Source of the DNA: Desulfatiglandales bacterium
GTDB taxonomy: Bacteria > Desulfobacterota > DSM-4660 > Desulfatiglandales > Desulfatiglandaceae
Assembly (NCBI GenBank): GCA_963666345.1
Contig: OY762721.1
Location: 224,001-288,000, forward strand
Direction: 5' to 3'
Length of the DNA: 64,000 nucleotides
Shown: positions 49,810 through 59,537 of the stretch, one piece after another
Layout: the number at the start of each line of letters is the position of its first letter
How positions within the stretch are numbered: the first letter of the stretch is position 1
The notes under the pieces: generated by a model
Database searches by the model: none
What the model was told of the DNA's origin: nothing
Seen by the model: the letters and a program-made list of their open reading frames with translations, nothing else
Program-made: the position numbers and the translations under genes

Positions 49810-51315
49810 TCAATAACCGTATTCGACTACCTTTAAAGAAAGCTTGCCTATAACCCCGATCAGCTTTGCATGTTCTTCCAGCCCGCCTTGGATCAGTTTT
49901 ATATGAGTCGCGTCCGCGGGCATCTGGTTCATGGTGGCGTCCATTGAAATCCATGCACCCACATAACACTCGTTCCACGCGTGATAGAAAAATTTTTCCC
50001 TTGCATACACGATTCCCACACAAAGCCGGGACGGGATCCCCGCGGCCCTTAAAAGGGCACCCAAGAGAACCGCATGTTCGTTGCAGTCCCCTGTCATTGT
50101 CCGTATGACATCTGAGGCGCTCGGTACCGATACAAGAGGTCTTTTTTCCATGTTGGCGTGGACCCATTTCATCAGCCTTGACGATACGGTTATCGGATCA
50201 TCTGATTTTCCAGCTATCTCCAAAGCCTTTTTGACCACAAGCGGATCATCGCTCTCCATGTTCATCTCAGGGGCAAGGAACCGCTTCATACCGTCTTCAT
50301 GCCCCTCAAACGGTATCCTGAAAGAAGCCGCAGCCGGGATCTCCTCTTTTCTTATCTCAAGTATCCCCCCCTTATAGACCTGTCTTCCGCGGTTCAGCAT
50401 GATCGGATCAAAATCTGCACTATCCGCCCCTTCCACTTCAAGCCTGAGAAAACTTGTCTTCTCCGCACTCCTGAGCCTTCCTTTCAATCCTACGGCGGCC
50501 AGCTCGTAGAAATCATCTCCTCCACGCTTGTCTATGTCAAAGGGGGCACTTGCGCCGCTTGATCTCACAAGGGTAAGCCCCATAAACCCCTCCTCTTTAA
50601 GTACCCGGCCCTGTTTATCGACCCAGAACGTCACGGCCTGACCGTACAGATTGCTTTCAAGCCTGAAGGCATCGTACCCGATGCGGTTGATAACGACCTG
50701 TTCTTTTGCCGCAACCCTTATCTCCATTTTCCTGTTTGACATGGTGGAGGGATCAAAAATCGGAAACAGGAACCGGCGTCCCAGAAGTATCTTTTCCCCC
50801 CTTAGGAAATACCCGATTCCGGCGGCCAGCATAGGAGGCTCATCCACGGGGATACTGACCTTTCTGCTCCTTTCCCCCCGGCCGATCTCGATATCAAGCG
50901 CCTCCGACCCGACACTTCCAGATACCAGAAAATCGACCACCCCGGAGCTTACCGTGAAACGGAAATTCTTGACTCGAAAACCCCTATCAACCACTGATCT
51001 TGTCACGGTCCTGAGATTGTTCGTCTGCCCCATGAGGTTCAGCTTCAAAAATATCTCCTCCTGAATCAGATAGTCCTTTTCAAGTGCCGTGGCCTGACTC
51101 ATTGAATATCCCACCTTTTTACCCTTCAGATATATCTCCATCCACTCTCTTTCTGAAGATATCTCCGGCAGGGACTCCCCTGCCTCAAGCCGAGGAGCAT
51201 CGGGGGGCCGGCTGAACCCGGTCTTCTGGATCAGTACGCCCAGAAGCACTATCCACAGGGCGACTATGGACAAGCCTAATATATTGAATACATGCCTTCC
51301 CCTTATCTTTCCCAT
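49810..51315 (-). CDS. Membrane-anchored transglutaminase-like domain protein
   Basis: N-terminal TM; GDCNEHA, YHAW, MDAT catalytic triad. Likely ATG at 51315. Confidence 0.85.
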   Translation of the reverse strand: MGKIRGRHVFNILGLSIVALWIVLLGVLIQKTGFSRPPDAPRLEAGESLPEISSEREWMEIYLKGKKVGYSMSQATALEKDYLIQEEIFLKLNLMGQTNNLRTVTRSVVDRGFRVKNFRFTVSSGVVDFLVSGSVGSEALDIEIGRGERSRKVSIPVDEPPMLAAGIGYFLRGEKILLGRRFLFPIFDPSTMSNRKMEIRVAAKEQVVINRIGYDAFRLESNLYGQAVTFWVDKQGRVLKEEGFMGLTLVRSSGASAPFDIDKRGGDDFYELAAVGLKGRLRSAEKTSFLRLEVEGADSADFDPIMLNRGRQVYKGGILEIRKEEIPAAASFRIPFEGHEDGMKRFLAPEMNMESDDPLVVKKALEIAGKSDDPITVSSRLMKWVHANMEKRPLVSVPSASDVIRTMTGDCNEHAVLLGALLRAAGIPSRLCVGIVYAREKFFYHAWNECYVGAWISMDATMNQMPADATHIKLIQGGLEEHAKLIGVIGKLSLKVVEYGY

Positions 51316-51699
51316 GCCTTTAATTTCCCCTGTTTTAACATCGAGATACAGACACCCGGCCTTCGGCTTTAGGCAAATCGGACCAGGCACGAATGTTTCG
51401 GCTTTCTGCTGAAACCTGCCGGCGCCATCAAGAAACAGGCCGTTTCCGGATTGACGATATCCTGATATATTAACAACGGTTAAACGTATTCACAAGACCG
51501 TGTGCAGCATTTTGAGCAAAGCCCCCGGGTCTCCCCGACGCAGGCATAGCCGTTCTTTTCAGGCCCGGCTTGAAAAGCCGGGTTTTCCATAATAAAATAA
51601 GATAGGGATCTGTTTTTGCTGCCGGTTGAACATGGGGCGGTTTCTGGTTTAAACCGTGATTCGGGGAAGGTATATTTTTCTCGTATATCCGGCTGGTTG

Positions 51700-52209
51700 C
51701 TACATCTTGTACTTGCCGAAATCCTCTGGATTGAGGCTCTCCAGGATCTCCTGCCACTTTTTGCCTTTTTCCGATTTATCCTGAGGTTCGGCCTTCAGGT
51801 CTATCTGGCTGGAATTCTTTATGACCTCTTCTGCCACGAAAATCGGGGCCTTTACCCTTAGAGACAAGGCCAGAGCGTCACTCGGACGGGCGTCCACGGT
51901 CATTATCTTGTTGCCCTGCTTGAAATGGATAAGCGCGTAATAGGTATTGTTCTTGAGATCGCAGACCTCGATCTTCTGTACCTTCAGATCGACCATTTCC
52001 ATTACATCCTTAAAAAGGTCATGGGTCATAGGCCTGGAAAATTTAATCCCCTCCAGCTCACTGGCAATCGCGGTAGCCTCAAGCAATCCTATCCATATGG
52101 GCAGGGTCTTTTCACCGTCGACTTCCTTGAGTATGACGATAGGGCTGTTAGTTATCGGGTCCATTGTCAACCCTGATATAACCATCGGTCGATACATGTT
52201 TTCCTCCAT
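51700..52209 (-). CDS. Bifunctional nuclease (DUF151) family protein
   Basis: LPIWIG..EA, RPMTHDL, DARPSDA. Confidence 0.9.
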   Translation of the reverse strand: MEENMYRPMVISGLTMDPITNSPIVILKEVDGEKTLPIWIGLLEATAIASELEGIKFSRPMTHDLFKDVMEMVDLKVQKIEVCDLKNNTYYALIHFKQGNKIMTVDARPSDALALSLRVKAPIFVAEEVIKNSSQIDLKAEPQDKSEKGKKWQEILESLNPEDFGKYKM

Positions 52210-52511
52210 TGGTTATAAAATCTCCTAGGCCTTATATCTTTATGTTTCATTCTTAAACATAGACTCTCTTTTGTCAACACCGCTGGTCTAAAGAAAATTA
52301 ATTTGGCTCTTGCCACCTGAAAAATTTAATTGATACAATATCGGATTATGTACTACCTTTCCACTAAAGTTGACGAACGCGCCTCGAACCGCCGCCCTTA
52401 ACTCCGGCGCTGAAAGGTATTGATCACGGTAACGGAGGTTCACGGCATCTGGAACCTTTCACCATGCCGTCTGCATTTTGACTCTTACTAATACATCAAG
52501 GTTGACATCTT

Positions 52512-55064
52512 ATGGGAAAAGACCCCAAAAAGCCCCTTTTCACCTGTGTTGTAGATCATAAACCCGGGTTCTTTCTGAACTGGCTCCTTTACAGGCTCTT
52601 CAGGCGGGTAAGTTTTGAAGAGAGCATGAAGTCATCCCTCAGAGAGATGCACAGGCAAGGAACCGTGGTCTATTCCATCAAATACAGGGGGGGCCTCGAC
52701 TACCTCCTCTATCATTTCAAGTTCAGGCGAAGCCGTCTGCCATATCCGAAAATCGCATTTGACATGAACATGTCGATGATACTCCCCTTGTCCCAGCTTT
52801 TCAGTGTATTGAGTTCACAGATCTCCTATCTTCTGAAACATGGCCGATTCCCGTCCCCGCTCAAGACCGGATTTATAAAAGAGGCGATAAAACAGGGAGA
52901 CACGGCCCTGTTAACACTCATAGACCCGAAGGAATTTTCAAGGCACTATATCAAGGAGGAAAAGGGTTACCTTCATTTTCTCCTTGAGACCCAGCAGGAG
53001 ATGAAGCGGCCCATATTCCTTGTCCCGCAGATAATTCTTTACAGAAGCACCCCGGAGAAGGCCCATCCAAACATCATGGACATCTTTTTCGGATTCAAGG
53101 ACAACCCCGGTTTCATCAGGAAGATAGGGCTTTTTTTCAGATACAACCGACGTGCGTTCATCGATTTCGGCACACCGGTCAACATGAAGGAGTACCTGGA
53201 ATCCCAGGACCCCGACCGTCCCCTGGAGGATATCGCAACCGACCTAAGGCAGCTTCTCATAGAGGGCATTGACAGGCAGAAAAGGGTCGTACTGGGCCCT
53301 GTCATGAAGTCTTTGCAGCAGTTCAAGGAGACGGTATTAAAGGACCGTGATGTGGTAAAGGCGATAGAGGAGAGCGCAATCGGGAAAAAGAAAGGCCCCA
53401 GGTATCAAAGAAAGAAGGCCGAGGAATATTTCGAGGAAATAGCCGCCGATTTCAACATCACCTATGTGCAGTTTGCCCATTACATGCTTACCTGGCTATG
53501 GAAAAAGATGTTCCAGGGGATAGAATTCGAACCGGATGAACTGGCGATGGTAAGGGAACAGGCCAGGAAAGGTTCGGTGGTCTACATACCTTCACACAAA
53601 AGTCACATAGATTACCTTGTGCTCAACTATGTCCTTTTCCATTATCATATGCATGTGCCGAGGGTCGCGGCGGGAAAGAACCTTGCCTTCTGGCCCATGG
53701 GAAATATATTCAGAAAATCGGGGGCCTTTTTTATCCGCAGGACCTTCAGGGGCGCGAGGCTCTATGCCACGGTCTTTAAAAGATATGTCAAGGCCCTTCT
53801 AAAGGAGGGCCATCCGCTCGAATTTTTCATCGAGGGAGGCAGAAGCAGGAGCGGAAAGCTTATACTTCCCAAGATAGGCTTTCTCTCCATACTGCTTGAG
53901 GCCTACAAAGAGGGATATTGCGACGATCTCATCTTTGTGCCTTCATCCATTAGCTATGACCGCATTATTGAAGAAAAGGAATATCTGAGAGAGATCGGAG
54001 GCGGGAAAAAAGAAAAGGAAAATTTCATGCAGGTAGTAAGGGCCAGACATTTTCTCAAGCGCAAGTATGGAAAGATATATATCCGATTCGCGGCCCCTGT
54101 CTCTTTAAGGCAGTATCTTGCCCAACACCGCGATTTGGGAGAAGAAACCCACCGGCCCCTGGCCCTTCACCTCATAAGATCGATCAACAGCGTAACCCTT
54201 GCAACGCCGCTTTCCATAACCGCCACCGCGATACTTACAAAACACAGAAGGGGTTTTCAAAGAGAGGAGCTGATAGAGACCTCCCGCATACTGTATAAAT
54301 TTCTGGACATGTATGGGGTTCCCACAGCCACCAGCCTTCTCGATTTTGATCAGGCCATTTCCGATTCCCTCACGCACCTGATCGGCAGAAAGGTGGTAAA
54401 TCACCTGGAGGAGGTCGAAGAAAGCGGGACCTTTTACTATGTGGACGATGACAAAAAGCCGGATCTGGAATACTATAAAAACAGTATAATACACAACTTC
54501 ATAGGCCACTCCTTTGTGGCCGTATCCCTTCTCAAGGGTACCGATGAAATCAAGCCGGCCGATGATATCCTGTCTGATTACCTGTTCATGAAAACACTTT
54601 TCAAATATGAATTCATCTACAATGAAGAAAAAGATCCGGCTGAGGAGCTCGATGAAATAAACCGTTTCTTTCTGGATGAGGATTATATCGAATGGAATGA
54701 GGCAAAAAAGGGCTTCAGAATGACCAGGCTAGGCTTTGATCAGCTTCCGATCTGGGCCGAGCTTGCCAGGACGTTTCTCGAATCATACTGGATCACCACG
54801 CGTTCCTATCTGTCAGGAAAGCAGGGAAAGGTGGTGCCTGAAGACAGCCTCAAACAGATGAAATACCTGGGTCTGAGGTTTCATAAGCTGGGCATAATCC
54901 AGCATATCGAATCCGTATCACAGCTGACCTTTAAAAATGCGATCAAGTTTTTCAAAAAAGAGATTATGGTACAGTCCCCGGATACAAATGACCCCGGGAT
55001 CCCCATGGAAAAGATTCATCAAATAGGCAAAAGGATATATGAGTTATCCAACTATAAGGACTGA
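52512..55064 (+). CDS. plsB: Glycerol-3-phosphate acyltransferase (PlsB-like)
   Basis: HKSHID, GAFFIRR, FIEGGRSRSGK. Confidence 0.85.
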   Translation: MGKDPKKPLFTCVVDHKPGFFLNWLLYRLFRRVSFEESMKSSLREMHRQGTVVYSIKYRGGLDYLLYHFKFRRSRLPYPKIAFDMNMSMILPLSQLFSVLSSQISYLLKHGRFPSPLKTGFIKEAIKQGDTALLTLIDPKEFSRHYIKEEKGYLHFLLETQQEMKRPIFLVPQIILYRSTPEKAHPNIMDIFFGFKDNPGFIRKIGLFFRYNRRAFIDFGTPVNMKEYLESQDPDRPLEDIATDLRQLLIEGIDRQKRVVLGPVMKSLQQFKETVLKDRDVVKAIEESAIGKKKGPRYQRKKAEEYFEEIAADFNITYVQFAHYMLTWLWKKMFQGIEFEPDELAMVREQARKGSVVYIPSHKSHIDYLVLNYVLFHYHMHVPRVAAGKNLAFWPMGNIFRKSGAFFIRRTFRGARLYATVFKRYVKALLKEGHPLEFFIEGGRSRSGKLILPKIGFLSILLEAYKEGYCDDLIFVPSSISYDRIIEEKEYLREIGGGKKEKENFMQVVRARHFLKRKYGKIYIRFAAPVSLRQYLAQHRDLGEETHRPLALHLIRSINSVTLATPLSITATAILTKHRRGFQREELIETSRILYKFLDMYGVPTATSLLDFDQAISDSLTHLIGRKVVNHLEEVEESGTFYYVDDDKKPDLEYYKNSIIHNFIGHSFVAVSLLKGTDEIKPADDILSDYLFMKTLFKYEFIYNEEKDPAEELDEINRFFLDEDYIEWNEAKKGFRMTRLGFDQLPIWAELARTFLESYWITTRSYLSGKQGKVVPEDSLKQMKYLGLRFHKLGIIQHIESVSQLTFKNAIKFFKKEIMVQSPDTNDPGIPMEKIHQIGKRIYELSNYKD

Positions 55065-55069
55065 ATATT

Positions 55070-55111
55070 CCGTGCGCCTTGAAGACCGGGTTCAAGGCGC
55101 ACGGCTTTTTT
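55070..55111. terminator. Intrinsic terminator between convergent plsB and ppdK
   Basis: Perfect 14-bp stem CCGTGCGCCTTGAA/TTCAAGGCGCACGG followed by a T run. Confidence 0.85.
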
Positions 55112-57905
55112 AAATCAGCACATATTCTTCTTCCGTCAGCTTTGCGTGCGCCGCGGCCAGCCTTGCGATAGGTACACGCAGAGGTGAACAGGACACATAA
55201 GACATCTTAACATGGTGACAGAATCTTATGGCGTCCGGGTGGCCTCCCTGCTCCCCGCATATACCGATCTTCATTTCAGGCCTGGTCTTTCTGGCCCACT
55301 CTATGGTTATCATCATCAAACGGCCCACCCCTTTTATATCGAGATAGTCAAACGGATTGTGCTGCAGCACACCCCTTTCATTGTAGAGGGGCAGGAATTT
55401 GTTTTCCGCATCTTCTCTTGAAAAGGAAAAAGTGGCCTGAGTCAGGTCGTTTGTACCGAAGGAAATGAATTCCGCCAGTTCCGCTATCCTTCCCGCCCGC
55501 ATGCACGCCCTGACCACCTCCACCATGGTTCCGAACTCAAAGGGCACTTTTATTTCAAACTTTTTTTCCACCTCTTTATGTATCTTTTTCACATACCTAT
55601 GCACCCAATTCAGTTCCTCGAGAGTGCATACCTGAGGGATCATTATCTCTGGGCGAACGCGACCGCCCTCCTGTATATATTCCGCTGCCGCCTCGAGCAC
55701 CGCCCTTATCTGCATGGAATAGATCTCAGGATAGGTAATTCCCAGTCTTACCCCCCTGTGCCCAAGCATCGGATTGGTCTCGGAAAGAGTCTTCACCTTG
55801 TGAAGCATGTTTTCTTTTTCCTCGATAAGGGTATGGGCAAGATGCTTGTTCTTGAGTTCCTCAAGGCCGTGGGTAATCATCTCCAGATTGTGGGCATACC
55901 TCTGATGCAGCTCCGGATCCATCATCTTTAACGTGTCAGGCAGATCAGCCATGCCTATCACGGTCTTTCTCATTTCCTTCAGGTGCCCTATCTCATGGAC
56001 AATCTCTTCTGCGGATGGCAGAAATTCATGTATCGGAGGATCCAGGAGCCTGATCGTAACCGGGTAACCGTTCAGGATTCTGAATATCTCCTTAAAGTCC
56101 TCCCTCTGGAAAGGAAGCAGCCTTTCAAGAACCGCTTCTCTTTCTTGCGTCGTGTCGGCCAATATCATTTCCTGTACAATGGGCAGCCGTTTAATGTCGT
56201 TGAACATCCTTTCAGTCCTGCACAGTCCGATACCCATGGCGCCGTATTTCTTTGCCTTTTCCGCTGCCTCCGGCGTGTCCGCGTTTGCCATTACCTTTAT
56301 GTCGGCTATGTCGTCGGCCCACTCAAGAAGCACCAGCAGATCTTCGACAAATTCCGGTTCTATGGTGGCGACCTTTCCCTTGAAGACATTTCCAGTCGTC
56401 CCGTCAATGGTAATCGTGTCGCCTTCCCTGAATGTGACCCCTGAGATCACCGCCTCTCTTGAGAGATCGTCTATGACGATATCCTCACAACCTGAGACGC
56501 ACGGTTTTCCCATGCTCCTGGCAACAACCGCGGCATGTGACGTCTTCCCTCCCCGGCTCGTGAGGATCCCCTGAGCCGCAAAAAAACCATGGATATCCTC
56601 CGGCTTTGTCTCCTCCCGCACCAGTATCACCTTTTCACCCAGTTTTCCCTTCAGGGCGGCCCTGTCGGCGTCAAAGACCATCTTCCCGGAGGCTGCCCCT
56701 GGGGAGGCGGAAAGGCCCTGCGCAAGCACTTCGGCCTTTGATTCGGGATCAAGCCTGGGATGAAGCAACTGCTCCAGCATATCGGGCTGGATCCTCAATA
56801 TCGCCTCCCGCTCCGAGATAAGACCTTCATTTACCATGTCGATGGAGGTCTTTATGAAGGCCGCCGCATTCATCTTGGCGTTTCTGGTCTGAAGGCAGTA
56901 GAGCTTGCCCTTTTCTATGGTAAACTCAAAATCCTGAACCTCGCAGTAATAATCCTCAAGCGTATGCCTCAGGGCCTCAAGTTCCCGGTAAGCGGCCGGC
57001 ATCTGCCGTCTCAGCTTGGATATCGGTTCGGGGGTCCTGATACCCGCTACCACATCCTCACCCTGGGCATTCACCATATATTCGCCGTACAGCCTGTTTT
57101 CTCCGGTGCCTGGGTTTCTTGTAAATGCCACACCGGTTGCGCTGTCATTGCCCATGTTTCCGAACACCATGGTGCATATATTGACCGCGGTGCCGCTGGC
57201 CATCTTGGACGTGATCTTGAACTGCTTTCTGTAATCCACAGCCCTTTTTCCCATCCAGGAATCAAAGACGGCCTGCACGGCCAGTTTGAGCTGAACATAC
57301 GGGTCTTGAGGAAAGGGCTTTCCCGTCTCCTTTTTTACCAGATCAAGGAAAAGCCGGCACGCCTCCTCAAAGGCCCCGGCATCCAGCTGGGCATCGTTAT
57401 CCGCCTTGTTTTTCTTTTTTATCTCATTGAATATCCTGTCAAATTTAGCATCAGGCAGGCCCAGGGCAATGGAACTGAAAAGTTGTATCAGGCGGCGGTA
57501 GATGTCATAGACAAACCGTTTGTTATCCGTGAGTTCTATAAAGCCCTTTACTGTTGTGTCATTCAGACCGAGATTAAGGATCGTGTCCATCATTCCCGGC
57601 ATGGAAATGGCCGCCCCCGATCTTACCGATACAAGAAGGGGGTTTTCAGGCGAACCGAAGCCCTTTCCGGTCTTGTTTTCAAGCTCTTTCATCGAAGCGT
57701 TGATCTCATCCATCGAGCCCTTGTCAAGTTCTTTTTTCTTCCTTCCGAGATAGTCGAGACAGGACTCCGTGGTTATTACAAAACCGGGAGGTACAGGCAG
57801 GCCTATCTGGGTCATGCCGCAAAGATTGGCTCCCTTGCCCCCAAGGAGCTTTTTGTTCATGGCGTCGCCGTCTTCAAATGCGTAAACATGTCTGCGATCT
57901 TCCAT
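55110..57905 (-). CDS. ppdK: Pyruvate, phosphate dikinase
   Basis: GGKGANL, SMPGMMDT, GGKTSHAAVVAR (phospho-His), GTNDLTQ, GICGE. ATG 57905 follows GGAGG. Confidence 0.95.
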   Translation of the reverse strand: MEDRRHVYAFEDGDAMNKKLLGGKGANLCGMTQIGLPVPPGFVITTESCLDYLGRKKKELDKGSMDEINASMKELENKTGKGFGSPENPLLVSVRSGAAISMPGMMDTILNLGLNDTTVKGFIELTDNKRFVYDIYRRLIQLFSSIALGLPDAKFDRIFNEIKKKNKADNDAQLDAGAFEEACRLFLDLVKKETGKPFPQDPYVQLKLAVQAVFDSWMGKRAVDYRKQFKITSKMASGTAVNICTMVFGNMGNDSATGVAFTRNPGTGENRLYGEYMVNAQGEDVVAGIRTPEPISKLRRQMPAAYRELEALRHTLEDYYCEVQDFEFTIEKGKLYCLQTRNAKMNAAAFIKTSIDMVNEGLISEREAILRIQPDMLEQLLHPRLDPESKAEVLAQGLSASPGAASGKMVFDADRAALKGKLGEKVILVREETKPEDIHGFFAAQGILTSRGGKTSHAAVVARSMGKPCVSGCEDIVIDDLSREAVISGVTFREGDTITIDGTTGNVFKGKVATIEPEFVEDLLVLLEWADDIADIKVMANADTPEAAEKAKKYGAMGIGLCRTERMFNDIKRLPIVQEMILADTTQEREAVLERLLPFQREDFKEIFRILNGYPVTIRLLDPPIHEFLPSAEEIVHEIGHLKEMRKTVIGMADLPDTLKMMDPELHQRYAHNLEMITHGLEELKNKHLAHTLIEEKENMLHKVKTLSETNPMLGHRGVRLGITYPEIYSMQIRAVLEAAAEYIQEGGRVRPEIMIPQVCTLEELNWVHRYVKKIHKEVEKKFEIKVPFEFGTMVEVVRACMRAGRIAELAEFISFGTNDLTQATFSFSREDAENKFLPLYNERGVLQHNPFDYLDIKGVGRLMMITIEWARKTRPEMKIGICGEQGGHPDAIRFCHHVKMSYVSCSPLRVPIARLAAAHAKLTEEEYVLI

Positions 57906-58162
57906 CAAATCCTCCAAATCAATTAAAATTTTGACTCAAAAAGACGAATCTCATGCTCAGACCGGCCCGGATCATTTTCTTTTTTTCAGATATTCCAGGA
58001 TATATGCAAATCCCAGAAGTACAGATGCAAGCCCTGCCACCTTTAACAGGGAAAACTCACTGAAGAAGAATCTTGAAATAAGCAGCCCGAAAAGGCAAGA
58101 CAGAACAGCTCTTATGACAAATCTTTCAAAGGCCACCATCTATAATGCCCCCAGGTGCCTGG

Positions 58163-58480
58163 TCACGATTTCTTGAAAGGGATAACCCTTCCCCCTCTGT
58201 CTCCGCCCTTGTCCTTTTGACCGGTGCCGTCAGGAGATATCGGCGGCTCGGCCCGCTTAACCTTTTCCAGCCTTACCGTGCGCCCACCCATGGTAAACTC
58301 GGCACCATCTATGTATTCATCCCTTAAGATCCATGTAGCCGTTTGAGTCGGTATGGTGAGAAAAAGGAGCGTAACATGATACCAGTCTTTTTTATAGTCC
58401 GCCTCAATGTCCTCTATTCTGGCAAACAAGGCAGGACTGTTCTGATAATATATTAAAACCACATCACCTTCTGCTGACAT
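58163..58480 (-). CDS. Conserved-looking hypothetical protein
   Basis: AGGA RBS, 105 aa, FTMGG motif, C-terminal VIPF. Confidence 0.7.
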   Translation of the reverse strand: MSAEGDVVLIYYQNSPALFARIEDIEADYKKDWYHVTLLFLTIPTQTATWILRDEYIDGAEFTMGGRTVRLEKVKRAEPPISPDGTGQKDKGGDRGGRVIPFKKS

Positions 58481-58525
58481 AATATTTCCTTTTAGATAGC
58501 AGTAAAACCGGACACAGGAATGCCC

Positions 58526-58867
58526 CTAGGAATCTTCTTTCAACACACTGCCCGGATCAGTTCTCAGCCCTTCAAGTTTATTTTCAAAACCGCTTCCCAG
58601 ATCAACTCCCATCTGTCTCGCCCTCTTTTTTGCGTTAAGCCCTATGTTGCGGGTGTCACCGTAGAAGCCTTCACTCTGTCTGGCAGCAGGGTCATAACCT
58701 TCCAGCCTGTCATTTTCAGACTGATGATATGAGACCCTGGAGATGAGCCTTTTAAATCTTGTCCCGTCGCATCCGGGGCATTTAAGCGATTCAAGCTCCT
58801 CGTCTTTCATGACAAGCACCTGAAACCGCCTGTTACACCCAAGGCACTCAAATTCGAATATCGGCAT
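58526..58867 (-). CDS. FmdB family zinc-ribbon protein
   Basis: MPIFEFECLGC...CPGC...RLIS. Confidence 0.85.
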   Translation of the reverse strand: MPIFEFECLGCNRRFQVLVMKDEELESLKCPGCDGTRFKRLISRVSYHQSENDRLEGYDPAARQSEGFYGDTRNIGLNAKKRARQMGVDLGSGFENKLEGLRTDPGSVLKEDS

Positions 58868-59537
58868 GGACCCGGTCTCCTCAAAAGGGCGAAAAAGCCC
58901 GCTTTTATTTTTTTATGTCGCAATAAAAACCTGCCGGAGCAACCCCTGAAACCGCCCTTTTCAAAAACAAGGGGACGTTTTTTCACAAATATGGATTTCT
59001 TATTTAATCCTTAACAAAATGAGGCATGATTGGCAAGATTTCAAATACGCCCTTATCGTGCGTTAATATCCCTTCTGAGACCGGCACAGGTACGCCCCCG
59101 ATCCGGGTGTGTCCATCCCCGGGCCGATGATCGCCCCCAACCACACCCTGTCGGCCCTGAGCATTCAGGTTTCATGATGACCTTTACTGTAAATGGTTTT
59201 TGACTAAAGGAGACATCCGACTGACGATAAATATGAATCACTAAAAGGGCCTTTCAGGATAAAAATCAACCTAAACCTGAGCGTGTCTTGATCGGATGGT
59301 AACTTTTCGTTCACCTGCACATGTGGCAGGGACATGAAATATTCCACATTTTCCTTGACACAAAACCTTTCCCTGTGGCATGTAACAGCACATAATTAAA
59401 CCTAGGGAAAGACGCCCCAGATTATTCCATCAAATCATTTCCGACTTGTTTCAGGGCCTTTCCCCCCGATGTTCGAAATAGATCCGAACGCATTACCCCT
59501 ATCACTATAAATTTTTCTTCCGCAGGAGAATCAGCTC

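Noticed and set aside
51516..51552. GCAAAGCCCCCGGGTCT resembling part of a c-di-GMP-I riboswitch
   Set aside because: Upstream GGCAAA/GNRA stem is absent and it faces away from the adjacent gene start.
56760..57926. 388-aa plus-strand ORF
   Set aside because: Antisense shadow of ppdK with no recognisable motifs.
59080..59092. 13-mer CCGGCACAGGTAC also present near 42670
   Set aside because: Similarity does not extend; cannot be distinguished from chance.
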